Source: Octopus bimaculoides
Lineage: Eukaryota
DNA: 62,806 nt
Reading direction: 5' to 3'
Assembly: GCF_001194135.2 (NCBI RefSeq)
Contig: NC_068981.1
Span: 186,050,502 to 186,113,307, forward strand
This document shows positions 14,483 to 26,254 of the stretch, one piece after another. The notes beneath the pieces were generated by a model that saw nothing but the letters and a program-made list of their open reading frames with translations, did no database searches and had not been told where the DNA came from. Made by a program: the position numbers and the translations under genes. Each line of letters starts with the position of its first letter. The first letter of the stretch is position 1.

Positions 14483-15050
14483 CATAGACGTGTTTTGTTT
14501 GAAAGGATGTGATTTTGTTTGCGGTTGCGTGCCCACTGTTCGTTCCTCGAAATACTGTTACTGTTATTACGGTTTGGCCTAAGGACTTGTTTTTTGTTTG
14601 ACTTTATTTTCCCCAGTTTGGGATGAAGAATTTTGAAATGAAGTGTTTGCCAGAACACGTCGGGAGTTATGCGGCGGCGGTGGGTAGTCGCACGAGAAAC
14701 GCTGCAAACACATTGGAAGTGCGAGAGGTAGTAGTAGACCTCGAGAAGATTGGAAGTCACAGGGAACTGTTCCTGAAGGAGGGGGGAAAGTCTGCGACTG
14801 ACCCCCTCCAGAAGAAGTGACCAATAGTACCAGGAGAAGGACAGTGGTATACAAAACCCTGTCCTTATCCAGCAAGAAATTTGAGATAGTGACGGAGGAG
14901 GCTACTGGAAAATGTACAGAAAATGTGAAAAGCGTAACCACCTACTACAGCAGAGGAAGAAAAGTGATGTTTGTCACGGAAAAAGAGGCGATCAATCACT
15001 CCACTGAAGCTCTGAGATCACAAGAATGGATACTACTGCCAACCTACGGC
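14483..15050 (+). mobile_element. 5' UTR and frameshifted ORF1 N-terminus of a Tx1/L1-like LINE (3' part absent)
   Basis: T/G-rich leader, then MKNFEMKCLPEHVGSYAAAVGSRTR... (SYAAAV is typical of LINE ORF1 N-termini); continues in another frame as RRRTVVYKTLSL...YYSRGRKVMFVTEKEA (RRM-like pattern); ends at a SINE-C fragment. Confidence 0.6.
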
Positions 15051-15309
15051 GGCAAAGGCGAATTGGAGCAACGTGAAATAAAGTGTCTTCCCACATTCAG
15101 TTCATCCAAATGATTCGGTTTTGGAATGTGGCTTGTGGGGTCGGCCACGTGCCTCACTTCATAATTATTTTTTTACTTTTCATTCATTTTTGTGTCTCAT
15201 TCGAATTTTATACTTATTTATCATCGATTATATGTTCCATTCGTCCCCCGACCCTTTGTCTGTCCTTGTATTGTCACTCTATATTTTGACCATTATGGTT
15301 AATAAAGAA

Positions 15310-15490
15310 ATCACACGAGCTGGCTTCGTCTGTTTTTTTCGTTCTGAGTTCAAATTCCGCCGAGGTCGATTTTGCTTTTCATCCTTTCGGGGCCGATAAA
15401 TTATGTACCAGTTGCGTACTGGTCGAACCAATAGACTGGCTCCCTCCCCAAAAATTTCGGGCATTATGCCTGGAGTAGAAAAGAATTTCA
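15310..15490 (+). mobile_element. SINE-B copy
   Basis: ctgagttcaaattccgccgaggtcgattttgcttttcatcctttcgggg...ggcattatgcctggagtagaaaagaat. Confidence 0.85.
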
Positions 15491-15797
15491 CGTGCTGGCT
15501 ATTGCGTTGATCGGATCAACTGGAACCCTCGGCGTAACAACCGACGGAGTACCAGTTTTGCTTCTTAATATAATATCATTATGGACTGAAAATACTTACT
15601 GTCATGGTAGTTCGGCAGTGACTGAATATAGAAGTCCAACATGTAGAGTATATGACTAATAAATGGAAATATAATGAAATATAACGTTCAGTTTATTAAC
15701 AGACAGTTTGATAACCACTCTATGATAAAACCAGCAGAAGACTAATCCAGCAGCTAATAATAGAACTTATTTTGACAGAAACATTGACTGGTTATTA

Positions 15798-16107
15798 TAG
15801 GGTGGTCCTAAAGTCTTGTCATCCCCTACCGAAAAGTAATAAGAACAATAGAGGAACAACATAATATCAAACGCATGTAACTGGTTCGAGAAGGTCTGTA
15901 TAAACGCCATCATCTTGGTGGTACAAATTGATGTGACGCCATGTCCTGTGTGACATTTTACGAAGCTGTGCTTTGGTGATTACTGCAAAGGATGCTAAAA
16001 CAGCGTCCTTCATTTGTTAGGTATTCTGCTATTGTGAAATTTTCTCCTTCATAATAGAAAATTAAAACAATATTTACAGGTGGTGACAAGACTTTCAGAC
16101 CACACTG
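15798..16107. mobile_element. Tc1/mariner-type MITE, 310 bp
   Basis: Imperfect TIRs (tagggtggtcctaaagtcttgtca vs reverse complement of right end cagtgtggtctgaaagtcttgtca) flanked by TA at 15796-15797 and 16108-16109. Confidence 0.85.
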
Positions 16108-16574
16108 TATTTATAAACACGGATAATTTTTCTTATTAAAACAGCTTCCGTTATTGTTGTGTTTAAATTGATAATGTTATATTATTACTGTATAAATAGG
16201 GTGATGTATAAGATTTCTATAACCCCGAGATACTCTTTGATTCATTTCATACAAGTTTAATAGGATTTGGCAATTACACTGCATATCTTTATTGCATATG
16301 CTACACGCAGTGATCAATCCAATCCTGGACGCCTCATTCAATATATTTCTGGCACTGAATGATTAAAATATCTGAAGATATAATCTCACAAAATATTCAC
16401 CTCGGAATCGGAATTTTAAATAGTTAGTCCGGTGTGGAGGGCCAGTGACCAAAATATTAATATTTCGAGATTGATAAAAATATAATAGCTAATCTGGATA
16501 TCCGGAGGCTAATATCCAGATATCTGACCGATATCTAAATATTCTTTTGAATTTCTTTAGAACTCAAGCGATTA

Positions 16575-16930
16575 TGACGGGAGGGGACTAGTAGACTACA
16601 CCGACTCAAACGATTCACTGATACATTATTTTATCGACCCCGAAAGGATAGAAGACAAAGATGACCTCGTTGGAATTTGACCCTAGAACGTAAATCGCCG
16701 GGAGAAATGTAGCTAAGCAGTTGCCAGACCAGCAAAATATAAATATATCATTTCTACGCTAGGCACAAGGCTCGAAATTTTGTGGGTGGGGGCCAGTCGA
16801 TTACATCGACCTAGTACGCAACTGGTACTTAATTTATCGACCCCGGAAGGATGAAAAGCAAAGTCGACCTCGGTGGAGTTTGGACTCAGAAGGTAAAGAA
16901 AGACGAAATACCGGTAAGCATATCGCCCAG
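16575..16930 (-). mobile_element. Two tandem SINE-B copies
   Basis: Two reverse-complement cores (tttatcgaccccgaaaggat..aagacaaagatgacctcg; tttatcgaccccggaaggatgaaaagcaaagtcgacctcg). Confidence 0.85.
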
Positions 16931-17242
16931 CTTGCGATAAATAGAATTAATATCGTTCGTCATATGATCATATGCTATACGATAACCAACAAATACATTC
17001 GTATCGCCTCTAGTTCAACTTTTACTGATTACAGTCTGGAGATGTTGTTTTGATACCAGGTCAATGCAAATAGAGAAAACTTAAACTTTTTACTACGATC
17101 ATCGAGGTCGACTTTGCTTTTCATCCTTCCGGGGTCGATAAATTAAGTACCAGCTGCGTACTAGGTCGATCTAATCGACTGGCCCCCACCCACAAAATTT
17201 CGAGCCTTGTGCCTAGCGTAGAAATGATATATTTATATTTTG
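16733..17242. repeat. 140-bp near-perfect inverted repeat (arms 16733-16872 and 17103-17242, 230-bp spacer)
   Basis: By-eye alignment gives 138/140 identity, including the non-SINE flank caaaatataaatatatcat / atgatatatttatattttg. Confidence 0.93.
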
Positions 17243-17423
17243 GTTTTGATATACCGTCGGCCTCCAGACTACGCTTTGCCATGTGTTTTCGTTAAAGAAT
17301 GGTGATTATTGTGTTGATACGTCTAACCGGTAGACTGGCTGCGAGCAAAGTCTGTTTTATGGTAAAATTAAAACAATATAATTCCGAGCGATATAGCGAC
17401 CTTGCAGAGAATAGCGTTTAAAG

Positions 17424-17472
17424 ATGTATAAACTACTGCAGGATAACCTCTGCTGGTTATCAGTAGTTATAG
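17424..17472 (+). CDS. Candidate first coding exon of a secreted protein: MYKLLQDNLCWLSVVI, phase-1 donor
   Basis: Acceptor cttgcag|17408, in-frame upstream TAG (17412), aagATG context, hydrophobic LCWLSVVI, consensus donor AG|GTGAGT at 17472/17473. No homology recognised. Confidence 0.4.
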
Positions 17473-18027
17473 GTGAGTTCCAGATAAGGTTAGAGGCAAT
17501 GCCGTCGAAGAGTAACAACTTGCAGGCAAAATTATACTTATAACTATATCTGTGTGCACGCAACTTGTTCCTTCTCGCGACGCTCTGGATTTGAACTCAG
17601 AATGTAAAGAGCTGGAACGAATCACGCAAAGCATTTTTGTTTTTACTCACGCTCTAATGATTCTACTAGATCACTACTTAAATTATAGTAAGGAGAAGGT
17701 GGAAAAACGAGAGGAGTTAAAAATGTCGGGTCTTCGCTGGGTTGATGAATGTAGAACGAAAGAATGCAGCACTTCGCTCACCGTCCCTCTTTCTCTCTCT
17801 CTCCCTTTCTCACTATGTCTCTTTGCCTGACTCTTTCTCTCTCCATTTCTCCTTTCTTTTTCTCTCTCCCTGTCTTTCTCTCCGTCTCTCTCTTCAGAAG
17901 AGATCGACAGTGTACTAACTGGAGACTGTTGGCTCATGTCGGGCTTAAAATGTTCAAGACACGTTGCTTATGAAAATGGCGGCTTTCTCACGACTTCATC
18001 AGGAGTTACGCCAATATAGTCACCATC

Positions 18028-18740
18028 AGAAGGCGGCGAGCTGGCAGAATCGTTTGCGGATCTTTTTTAAAACGGGGGCCACATTTTTCATTAACGAAAC
18101 ACTTTGAAACTTGGAGCACTGGTAGAATGTGTCATATAAAACATCTTTTTCTCTTAGTCTTCTTTAAAAAAAAAGAAATCCATAAATTATTCCATGTTAA
18201 AGTTGTCGTATTTCTGTAATTTCAACTAATCACTGACGTCCATTCAGCCGATATACATTAAGTGCCGACTACATAAACAAACGATTCTGAAACAATTAAC
18301 CCTAACCCTAACCCTAACCCTACGGTTAGGGTTAGGGTTAAAGCAAATTTAAAATGAAAAAAGCAAATAAAACGAAGGTATGGAGATTAAATACGCTTTA
18401 CACCGCTTAATCAGCCAAAAGAGTAAATATAANNNNNNNNNNNNNNNNNNNNNNNNNNNAGTGATTGGTTGAAATTATCGAAATAAGACAATTTTTTACA
18501 TGAAATAAATTCGAATACAAAAATATTTTTCTGTTCTATAACACAAAATAGATAAGTATACGAAGTTTGAAAGTCTTTCGGTACCAAAAACACTACGTAA
18601 AACATTAATGAAAAATGTGGCCCCCGTTTTAAAATAGATCGTCGTTTGCACCCCGGGCGAAATGATTAGCGGGGTCGATGTAATCGACTGGCCCACCTCC
18701 CCCAAAATTTTGGGCCTTGCACCTAGAGTAGAAAAGAAAA
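18028..18740 (+). mobile_element. SINE-B copy split by the MITE at 18058-18641
   Basis: Head aaggcggcgagctggcagaatcgtttgc resumes after the insertion as tcgtttgcaccccgggcgaaatgattagcggggtcgatgtaatcgac...gccttgcacctagagtagaaaagaa. Confidence 0.85.
18058..18641. mobile_element. Non-autonomous DNA transposon (MITE) with ~37-bp TIRs, 8-bp TSD and internal telomeric repeats
   Basis: TSD tcgtttgc at 18050-18057 and 18642-18649; TIR (g/c)gatct(t/a)ttttaaaacgggggccacatttttcattaa; (TAACCC)4 followed by gttagggttagggtta at 18297-18340. An 8-bp TSD fits hAT, P or Merlin. Confidence 0.88.
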
Positions 18741-19170
18741 TAGTCACTATCAGAACATGGAATTCACAACCTTAGCTCATATCACAACAATTTGTTTTAG
18801 ATCCTAGGGACACTTTTAGGGAGCAGCTTGAAATTTCCCAGGAATACTTATCATTTATATATATAAGCTTGTTTAAGAAATTCATTAATGTTTATTTACG
18901 TGCTGGGTCGATTTACCTTTCATCCTTGCCTCGTTCTGGTAGATAAATAAGCATCGAATGTTTATCGTTATCGATGTAATCGATTATACACCTTTCTTAA
19001 CATTTCTGACAGTATGCCAATATCAGAAATCAAGAAGATGGTGATGCTCTCGTCGGATTCGTTAGTATCACCATCATCATAGGCCTCATCATTATCATCA
19101 GCATGATTATCATCATCGTCATCGACATAACAATTTTCATTTGTTGATTTAGTCTGGAGCAGGGATAAGA

Positions 19171-19278
<108 letters not shown>

Positions 19279-19669
19279 CTTAAGTACCTTTTGCACTATC
19301 ATCCTTGTTCTTTCCTCTCATCATAACCATCACCTGCCATTTTAAACTCCTCCTCTCGTTTTTCCACCTTCTCCTTACTATAATTCAAGTAGCGATCTAG
19401 TAGAATCATTAAAGCGTGAGTAAAAACAAAAATGCTTTGCGTGATTCGTTCCAGCTCTTTACATTCTGAGTTCAAATCCAGCTGATGTTAACTGTGCCTT
19501 TCATCATTCGAATCCATAAATTATACCAGTCAAATACTGAGGTCGAGTGTTACAATAATAGACTCTCCTCAATGTTGTTGGTCTATCCACTTTTCACAAA
19601 AGGTGAAAATCGGCGAAGAAGAAACAGTACTATACTGTATATATTTTTTTAATTATTTTTATAATTTAT

Positions 19670-19930
19670 TCTTTTATTTGTTTTAGTCATTTGACTGCGG
19701 CCATGCTGGAGCACCGCCTTTAGTCGAACAAATCGACACCAGGACTTATTCTTTGTAAGCCTAGTACTTATTCTAATTCTATCGATCTCTTTTACCGCAC
19801 CGCTACGTTTACGGGGACGTAAGAACACCAACATCGGTTGTCAAGTTGACTCAGACAGACACACGCATATATGTATGTACATATAAGAGGGGCTTCTTTC
19901 AATTTCTGTCTAGTAAATCCACTCACAAGC
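19670..19930 (-). mobile_element. SINE-A 3' portion
   Basis: tagtcatttgactgcggccatgctggagcaccgcctttagtcgaacaaatcgacaccaggacttattctttgtaagcctagtac... matches the family tail. Confidence 0.88.
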
Positions 19931-20260
19931 ATGAAAGGCAAAATCAATCTCGGCGGAATTTGAACTCAGAACGTAAAGACAAACGAAATACAGCTAAGCA
20001 TTTCGCCCGGCGTGCTAACGTTTCTTATTTCTTTATTGCCACACAAGGGGCTAAACATAGAGGGGAGAAACAAGGACAGACAAAGGGATTAAGTCGATTA
20101 CATCGACTCCAGTGAGCAACTGGTACCTAATTTATCGATCCCGAAAGGATGTAAGGCATAGTCGACCTCGGCGGAATTTGAACTCAGAACGTAACGGCAG
20201 ACGAAATACAGCGAAGCATTTCGCCCGGCGTGTCAACGTTTCTACCAGCTCGACGCCTTA
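19930..20260 (-). mobile_element. SINE-B head-to-tail dimer (long-tail copy joined to a second copy)
   Basis: Junction cgtgctaac|gtttcttatttctttattg at ~20019; same architecture as 23185-23605. Confidence 0.88.
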
Positions 20261-20869
20261 ACATTTATTATTAAATACAAACGTTATTTGTCAACTCTGC
20301 AAATTCCACCGAACGACGAGACACAGCCATTGATATTCATTAGACGTTTGAGTCTTATAAATATCATATTATATCTGTTTATCTGTATTTTGCTGTCAAT
20401 ATGTATATCCTCGTTCATCTGTCTGCGTGCGTATTCAAGTTAGTGCGCGTGAAAATTTTTATGTGTGCATGCATGTGTATTGTGTTTGTGTTCTTCTGTT
20501 TGTGCGTTTGTGTAGGTGGAGGGACTGCTGCGATTCTTCTAGTTCTGCTATGATGTTCTTTGAAACAGCATATCTTTCCGGAGAGAAACTGTTTGTCTGT
20601 TAAACGTGTTTATAACGTGTGTTATTGATATTTTCGATTCCAATATATACATTTTGCAAAGATCAAGTAGCAATACAAGTTAGCAAGTATTTTCTTTCAA
20701 ATCGATTAAACTTCTTGATACCTTGTTTTCGTATTATTTTTCAGGAAAGTTCAAATACATTCGTTTTACTGTATATCTCTACCAAATAGCTGCAACGGCT
20801 GTATGCATATAGACTTGTAGATGTGTGTATGTCCAAGTGTAAGTATGAGTATAGATATAAATATGTATG

Positions 20870-20927
<58 letters not shown>

Positions 20928-21519
20928 AGTGTGTGTGTGTGTGTGTATGTGTGTGTGTGTATTTGTGTATATATATATATATANNNNNNNNNNNNNNNNN
21001 NNNNNNNNNNNNNNNNNNNNNNNNNNNNNNNNNNNNNNNNNNNNNNNNNNNNNNNNNNNNNNNNNNNNNNNNNNNNNNNNNNNNNNNNNNNNNNNNNNNN
21101 NNNNNNNNNNNNNNNNNNNNNNNNNNNNNNNNNNNNNNNNNNNNNNNNNNNNNNNNNNNNNNNNNNNNNNNNNNNNNNNNNNNNNNNNNNNNNNNNNNNN
21201 NNNNNNNNNNNNNNNNNNNNNNNNNNNNNNNNNNNNNNNNNNNNNNNNNNNNNNNNNNNNNNNNNNNNNNNNNNNNNNNNNNNNNNNNNNNNNNNNNNNN
21301 NNNNNNNNNNNNNNNNNNNNNNNNNNNNNNNNNNNNNNNNNNNNNNNNNNNNNNNNNNNNNNNNNNNNNNNNNNNNNNNNNNNNNNNNNNNNNNNNNNNN
21401 NNNNNNNNNNNNNNNNNNNNNNNNNNNNNNNNNNNNNNNNNNNNNNNNNNNNNNNNNNNNNNNNNNNNNNNNNNNNNNNNNNNNNNNNNNNNNNNNNNNN
21501 NNNNNNNNNNNNNNNNNNN

Positions 21520-21558
<39 letters not shown>

Positions 21559-22079
21559 TCCCTCTCTCTCTCTCACACACATATATATATATATGTGTGT
21601 GTTTGTTTGTGTATATATTACACACAAACAAACACACATTGATATATCGGACGGGCTTCGTTCAGTTTGTACCTACTAAATCTGCTTAACCACTACGCCA
21701 TATGCCCGTGGGCATATGGTGTTATGATTAAGAGCGGGCTTCTAACCTAACGTTTCCGAGTTCGATTCCACGCAGGGACTTGTATAATAATAATAATAAT
21801 AATGATAATAACAACAAAATCGAAAAATAATTTAGGAATGAGAAACCCAGTTTCGAAATTTACCCAAGACGCCTGATGAAAGCTAGAGGGTATGACTGCC
21901 AAAACGTTGTGTTAACAAGAATGAAGATGATGACAAATATCCGTCAAATATAAATAATGTACATAATTCCTCATATAGAGCTGTATTACAAAGAATAAGT
22001 CCTGGGTTCGATTTCTTCGACTAAAAGGCGGTGCTCTAGCATGGACGCAGTCAAATGACTGAAACAAGAGAGTAAAGGA

Positions 22080-22126
<47 letters not shown>

Positions 22127-22538
22127 CGCAGATATATGCATTTACTTGGTAAAACACACATACTTATACACACATACACATTGTTATGTCTGTGTATATA
22201 TATATATATAAATGTATATGTGTTTGTTCATGGATAATTATCTCTGCGCGTTATGCATGTGTGCAGGTAGACGCCGGCATTGGAGTGGGTGAATAATTAG
22301 ACCGTCGAAACATATACCTATCGGTATTTAGTTACGTCCCTTTGTCTTCTAAGGCAAGGTCACAATTGGAACTTAGAACGTAAAATACTGACGAAATGCG
22401 GCTAAGCACTTTTCCTGTCACGGTAACGATTCAGCCGTCTCACCGCATTCTGTGTGCAATGTATTAACTTTTATGTGTATGTGTGTGTGTGTGTGTCTCT
22501 CCTTCCCTCTCATTCTGTTGATTGTGTGTGTGTATTCG

Positions 22539-22587
<49 letters not shown>

Positions 22588-22662
22588 GCATGGGGGTAAG
22601 GTGGGGGTGTAGTGTTGGACTGTTAGAAGAAAAAAGTACTCGATACCATTGGAAAGGTCGGT

Positions 22663-22753
22663 AATGTCTTAATTTAGGTCGAGACTGACTCGACCTAAAT
22701 TAAGATATTTCCTGTTTCCTGGAGGAAATTAAGATATTTCCTGCTTCCTGGAG
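22663..22753. repeat. 17-bp perfect inverted repeat with 5-nt loop, followed by a ~29-bp tandem duplication
   Basis: tcttaatttaggtcgag (22667-22683) actga ctcgacctaaattaaga (22689-22705); then aaattaagatatttcctgYttcctggag twice. Confidence 0.9.
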
Positions 22754-23184
22754 TTTCCTCAGTATATACACTGGCTCATCAGGCCGTACACACATGCTAA
22801 ACTCAGCGCTTTTATGGTTGGTTAGTTGGTTGGTGGTGGTGGTTATACTTGAATTAGTGGTATAGCTTGTTTTATTAAATATGTAAATATGTAAATTATA
22901 CCTTCCCGAAAGCTTTTAAAGATTGGCGTTTCGTTTTCAGGCGGAGTTTTAACCTGACGATATACTAATCATAGAAATTCCTTATTTCTTACTACATAAT
23001 GCGCGCGTGCACGCACGCATATCTTTTACCTGTTAGTTGTTACAGTCACTAGAATGCGGCCATGCTGGAGCACCACCTTGCAGAAATTTTATCGAATGAA
23101 TCGATAAATAGTGTTCATTCGACAGGGTTCATATTGAACGCCAATTTATGCTTATCACTGAAGACTAGTATTACATATATTATT

Positions 23185-23605
23185 TTCTACTCTGGCACAA
23201 GACCCGAAAATTTTATGTAGGAGCCTAATCGATTACATCGACCCACTACGAAACTGCTACTTAATTTATCGACCCTGAAAAGATGAAAGGCAAAGTCGAC
23301 CTCAACAGAATTTGAACTCAGAACGTAAATACAGACGAAATACTGTTAAGCATTTTGCCCGGCGTGCTAACGTTTCTTATTTCTTTATTGCCCACAAGGG
23401 GCTAAACATAGAGGGGACAAACAAGGACAGACAAAAGGACTAAGTCGATTGCATCGACCCCAGTGCGTAACTGGTACTTAATTTATCGACCCCGAATGGA
23501 TGAAAGGCAAAGTCGACCTCGGCGGAATTTGAACTCAGAACGTAGCGGCAGACGAAATACCGCTAAGCATTTCGCCCGGCGTGCTAACGTTTCTGCCATC
23601 TCACC
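23185..23605 (-). mobile_element. SINE-B head-to-tail dimer
   Basis: Junction cgtgctaac|gtttcttatttctttattg at ~23371; the upstream (5') monomer is less diverged than the downstream monomer. Confidence 0.9.
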
Positions 23606-24209
23606 GTCAAAGAATGGACAGTATTAGAAACAATATTAGTTAACGATTGATCGAAAGTTTGCTGACTTCGTGATGCTAGCTAAGAATGAAACTAAAGCAA
23701 TATATATATTTATACATATATATTCAATGTTACTAGATTTCATATACAGAAGTGCAACAACTATTGAGTGATGCAATGATATTTATGGATTCAGTTTAAT
23801 ATTAGGATTGGTTGGCGATTAACTGATCTGAAAGAGTGGAATAGAAACATTGAGTGAGGTGTAGTGTGAGACTATCCAAATAGGAGGTGTGAAAATGAAA
23901 CAGATGGAAAGATGTAAATGTAAGTGGAAAATGGTGGATAGAAGTAGGTGCAAACAGGAAGATAGATGTTGATTAAGATTGATAGCATTGCAGGAAAGGA
24001 ACACATTATGGAAAAAGTGAGAGGTAGACATTATGAGAGGAGAGAAGTGAGAGGTAGAGGAATATAGATGGAGGGGCAATGTTTGATGAGAGACTGGAGA
24101 TAATGAAATATTGAGGCGAGTTGACATTTATCTTCACAGACTCTTCGTTACTCTCCCTCATCAAACGTAATCATTCACAGGAATATACCCATACATAGAT
24201 GTGAATATT

Positions 24210-24270
<61 letters not shown>

Positions 24271-24899
24271 TTGTTTATCNNNNNNNNNNNNNNNNNNNNN
24301 NNNNNNNNNNNNNNNNNNNNNNNNNNNNNNNNNNNNNNNNNNNNNNNNNNNNNNNNNNNNNNNNNNNNNNNNNNNNNNNNNNNNNNNNNNNNNNNNNNNN
24401 NNNNNNNNNNNNNNNNNNNNNNNNNNNNNNNNNNNNNNNNNNNNNNNNNNNNNNNNNNNNNNNNNNNNNNNNNNNNNNNNNNNNNNNNNNNNNNNNNNNN
24501 NNNNNNNNNNNNNNNNNNNNNNNNNNNNNNNNNNNNNNNNNNNNNNNNNNNNNNNNNNNNNNNNNNNNNNNNNNNNNNNNNNNNNNNNNNNNNNNNNNNN
24601 NNNNNNNNNNNNNNNNNNNNNNNNNNNNNNNNNNNNNNNNNNNNNNNNNNNNNNNNNNNNNNNNNNNNNNNNNNNNNNNNNNNNNNNNNNNNNNNNNNNN
24701 NNNNNNNNNNNNNNNNNNNNNNNNNNNNNNNNNNNNNNNNNNNNNATATATATATATATATATATATATAATGAAGAACAAAAAGAAGAAAAAACAACAA
24801 CGAGGGGACATGGTGGAAAGAAAGTTGGTTTTACGTTTCGAGCAAAGCTCTTCTTCTGAAACAGGAGAAAGAGGAAAGTCCAAGAGAAAAGGGAAACAA

Positions 24900-25120
24900 T
24901 TGCTGCGGTGTGCTGGTAGAATTGTTAGCACGCCGGAAAAAATGTGCTGAGGCATTCGTCCATCTTTATGTTTTGAGTTCAAATTCCGTCGTGGTCAATT
25001 CTGCCTTTCATCCTTTCGGGGTCCATAAAATATATACCAGTTGGGCACTGGGGTCGGTGTAATTGACTTATTCCCACCCCCGAAGTTGCTAGCCTTATGC
25101 CAAAATTTCAAACCAACATA
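24900..25120 (+). mobile_element. SINE-B copy
   Basis: gctggtagaattgttagcacgccgg...tgagttcaaattccgtcgtggtcaattctgcctttcatcctttcggggtc... Confidence 0.85.
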
Positions 25121-25254
25121 TATATGTATATAAATGTATGTGGCTGTACACACACACACACACTAACACACACACAAATATGTATATATTCACGCACATG
25201 CACATATGTNNNNNNNNNNACATATGTATACATATATACATAACTTAGATATGA

Positions 25255-25605
25255 TTCGACCAAAGATTTGTCCAGGCCCTGTCTAACTTAATAGCACTAT
25301 CTGATAGGATTAGCTAAATTCTTTTTGAGTGAAGTTTTGTGGTATCTTGGTCCATTCGAATAAGGAGTACTTGTTGAGTTTTATCCAGGTATAGGTGTAT
25401 TATCTATTATTCCTTGAAGAAATGTGCCCAGATTCCGTTTAAATGTGATGGGATTCTTTTCTTCTTTGATCTGTTTTGGGAAAATGTTAAATAGGGCAGG
25501 GCCTCTTGAGGAAAAGAAATTCTTTTGCAGTGTATTTATGTGTTGTGATCCTGAATTGGGTAGGGGACGTATGGCGCGTGATCCTAGCCCAAATCCTCTG
25601 GTGTA
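25255..25605 (-). mobile_element. CR1/L2-group LINE 3' fragment
   Basis: Reverse frame GSQHINTLQKNFFSSRGPALFNIFPKQIKEEKNPITFKRNLGTFLQGI, the CR1-type C-terminus (GPxLFNxLP...FKxxLDxFL); homologous to 62295-62680. Confidence 0.82.
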
Positions 25606-26254
25606 ACGTATTTACTATTTGACCGACCTCGTACAAAATTAGTACCCTGTAGTATGTTTCTCGGTTCTAAATTAATATTCACCAAAAAACACTTCTGTTC
25701 TCCTTTGTATTTTGCAAAGCTTTCGCCGTCAATTTTATTGAATATTATTTGTTTAATTATATTCGCAAATCTTTTTCATTTCCAACCATTAATTTTTCTA
25801 TTGTTTTCTGTAATACCACGTATTATGTTTCAACTCCTGCTGCCCGTAAATAAGTGATGTATAACTCTTTGTCCATTGTCCTACTGTGCTTTCTCTACCA
25901 CCACGCCACTACACCACATCTTTCATTGTTCAATTATCTACTCATCCTCGTTCTCATTACCTCCTCTCTTTCAACGTCTTTGTTCCTCTCTCCCTTTCTT
26001 TCACCCTCCATCTTTCTGACCTCAGATCTTATTTCACACTTTATAAAAACGCCTTTCCCACAATATCACTCCCACTAAAACGCCTCCTTATCGTCTGCTA
26101 CTACACAAACAGAGACACCCTGTTTCCTATTCCGTTTTCGTTCTTTGATGTCAACGTTACAACTTCAAAATATTTACACTACCACCATCTGTTTTCAATC
26201 TTTCCCATTCCGTTATTATAATCTATTTACTTTTGATGTATACGTACGTACCAA

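Noticed and set aside
16480-16545. Repeated gatatc(c/t)(g/a)g motifs suggestive of a MITE subterminal region
   Set aside because: No matching opposite end found.
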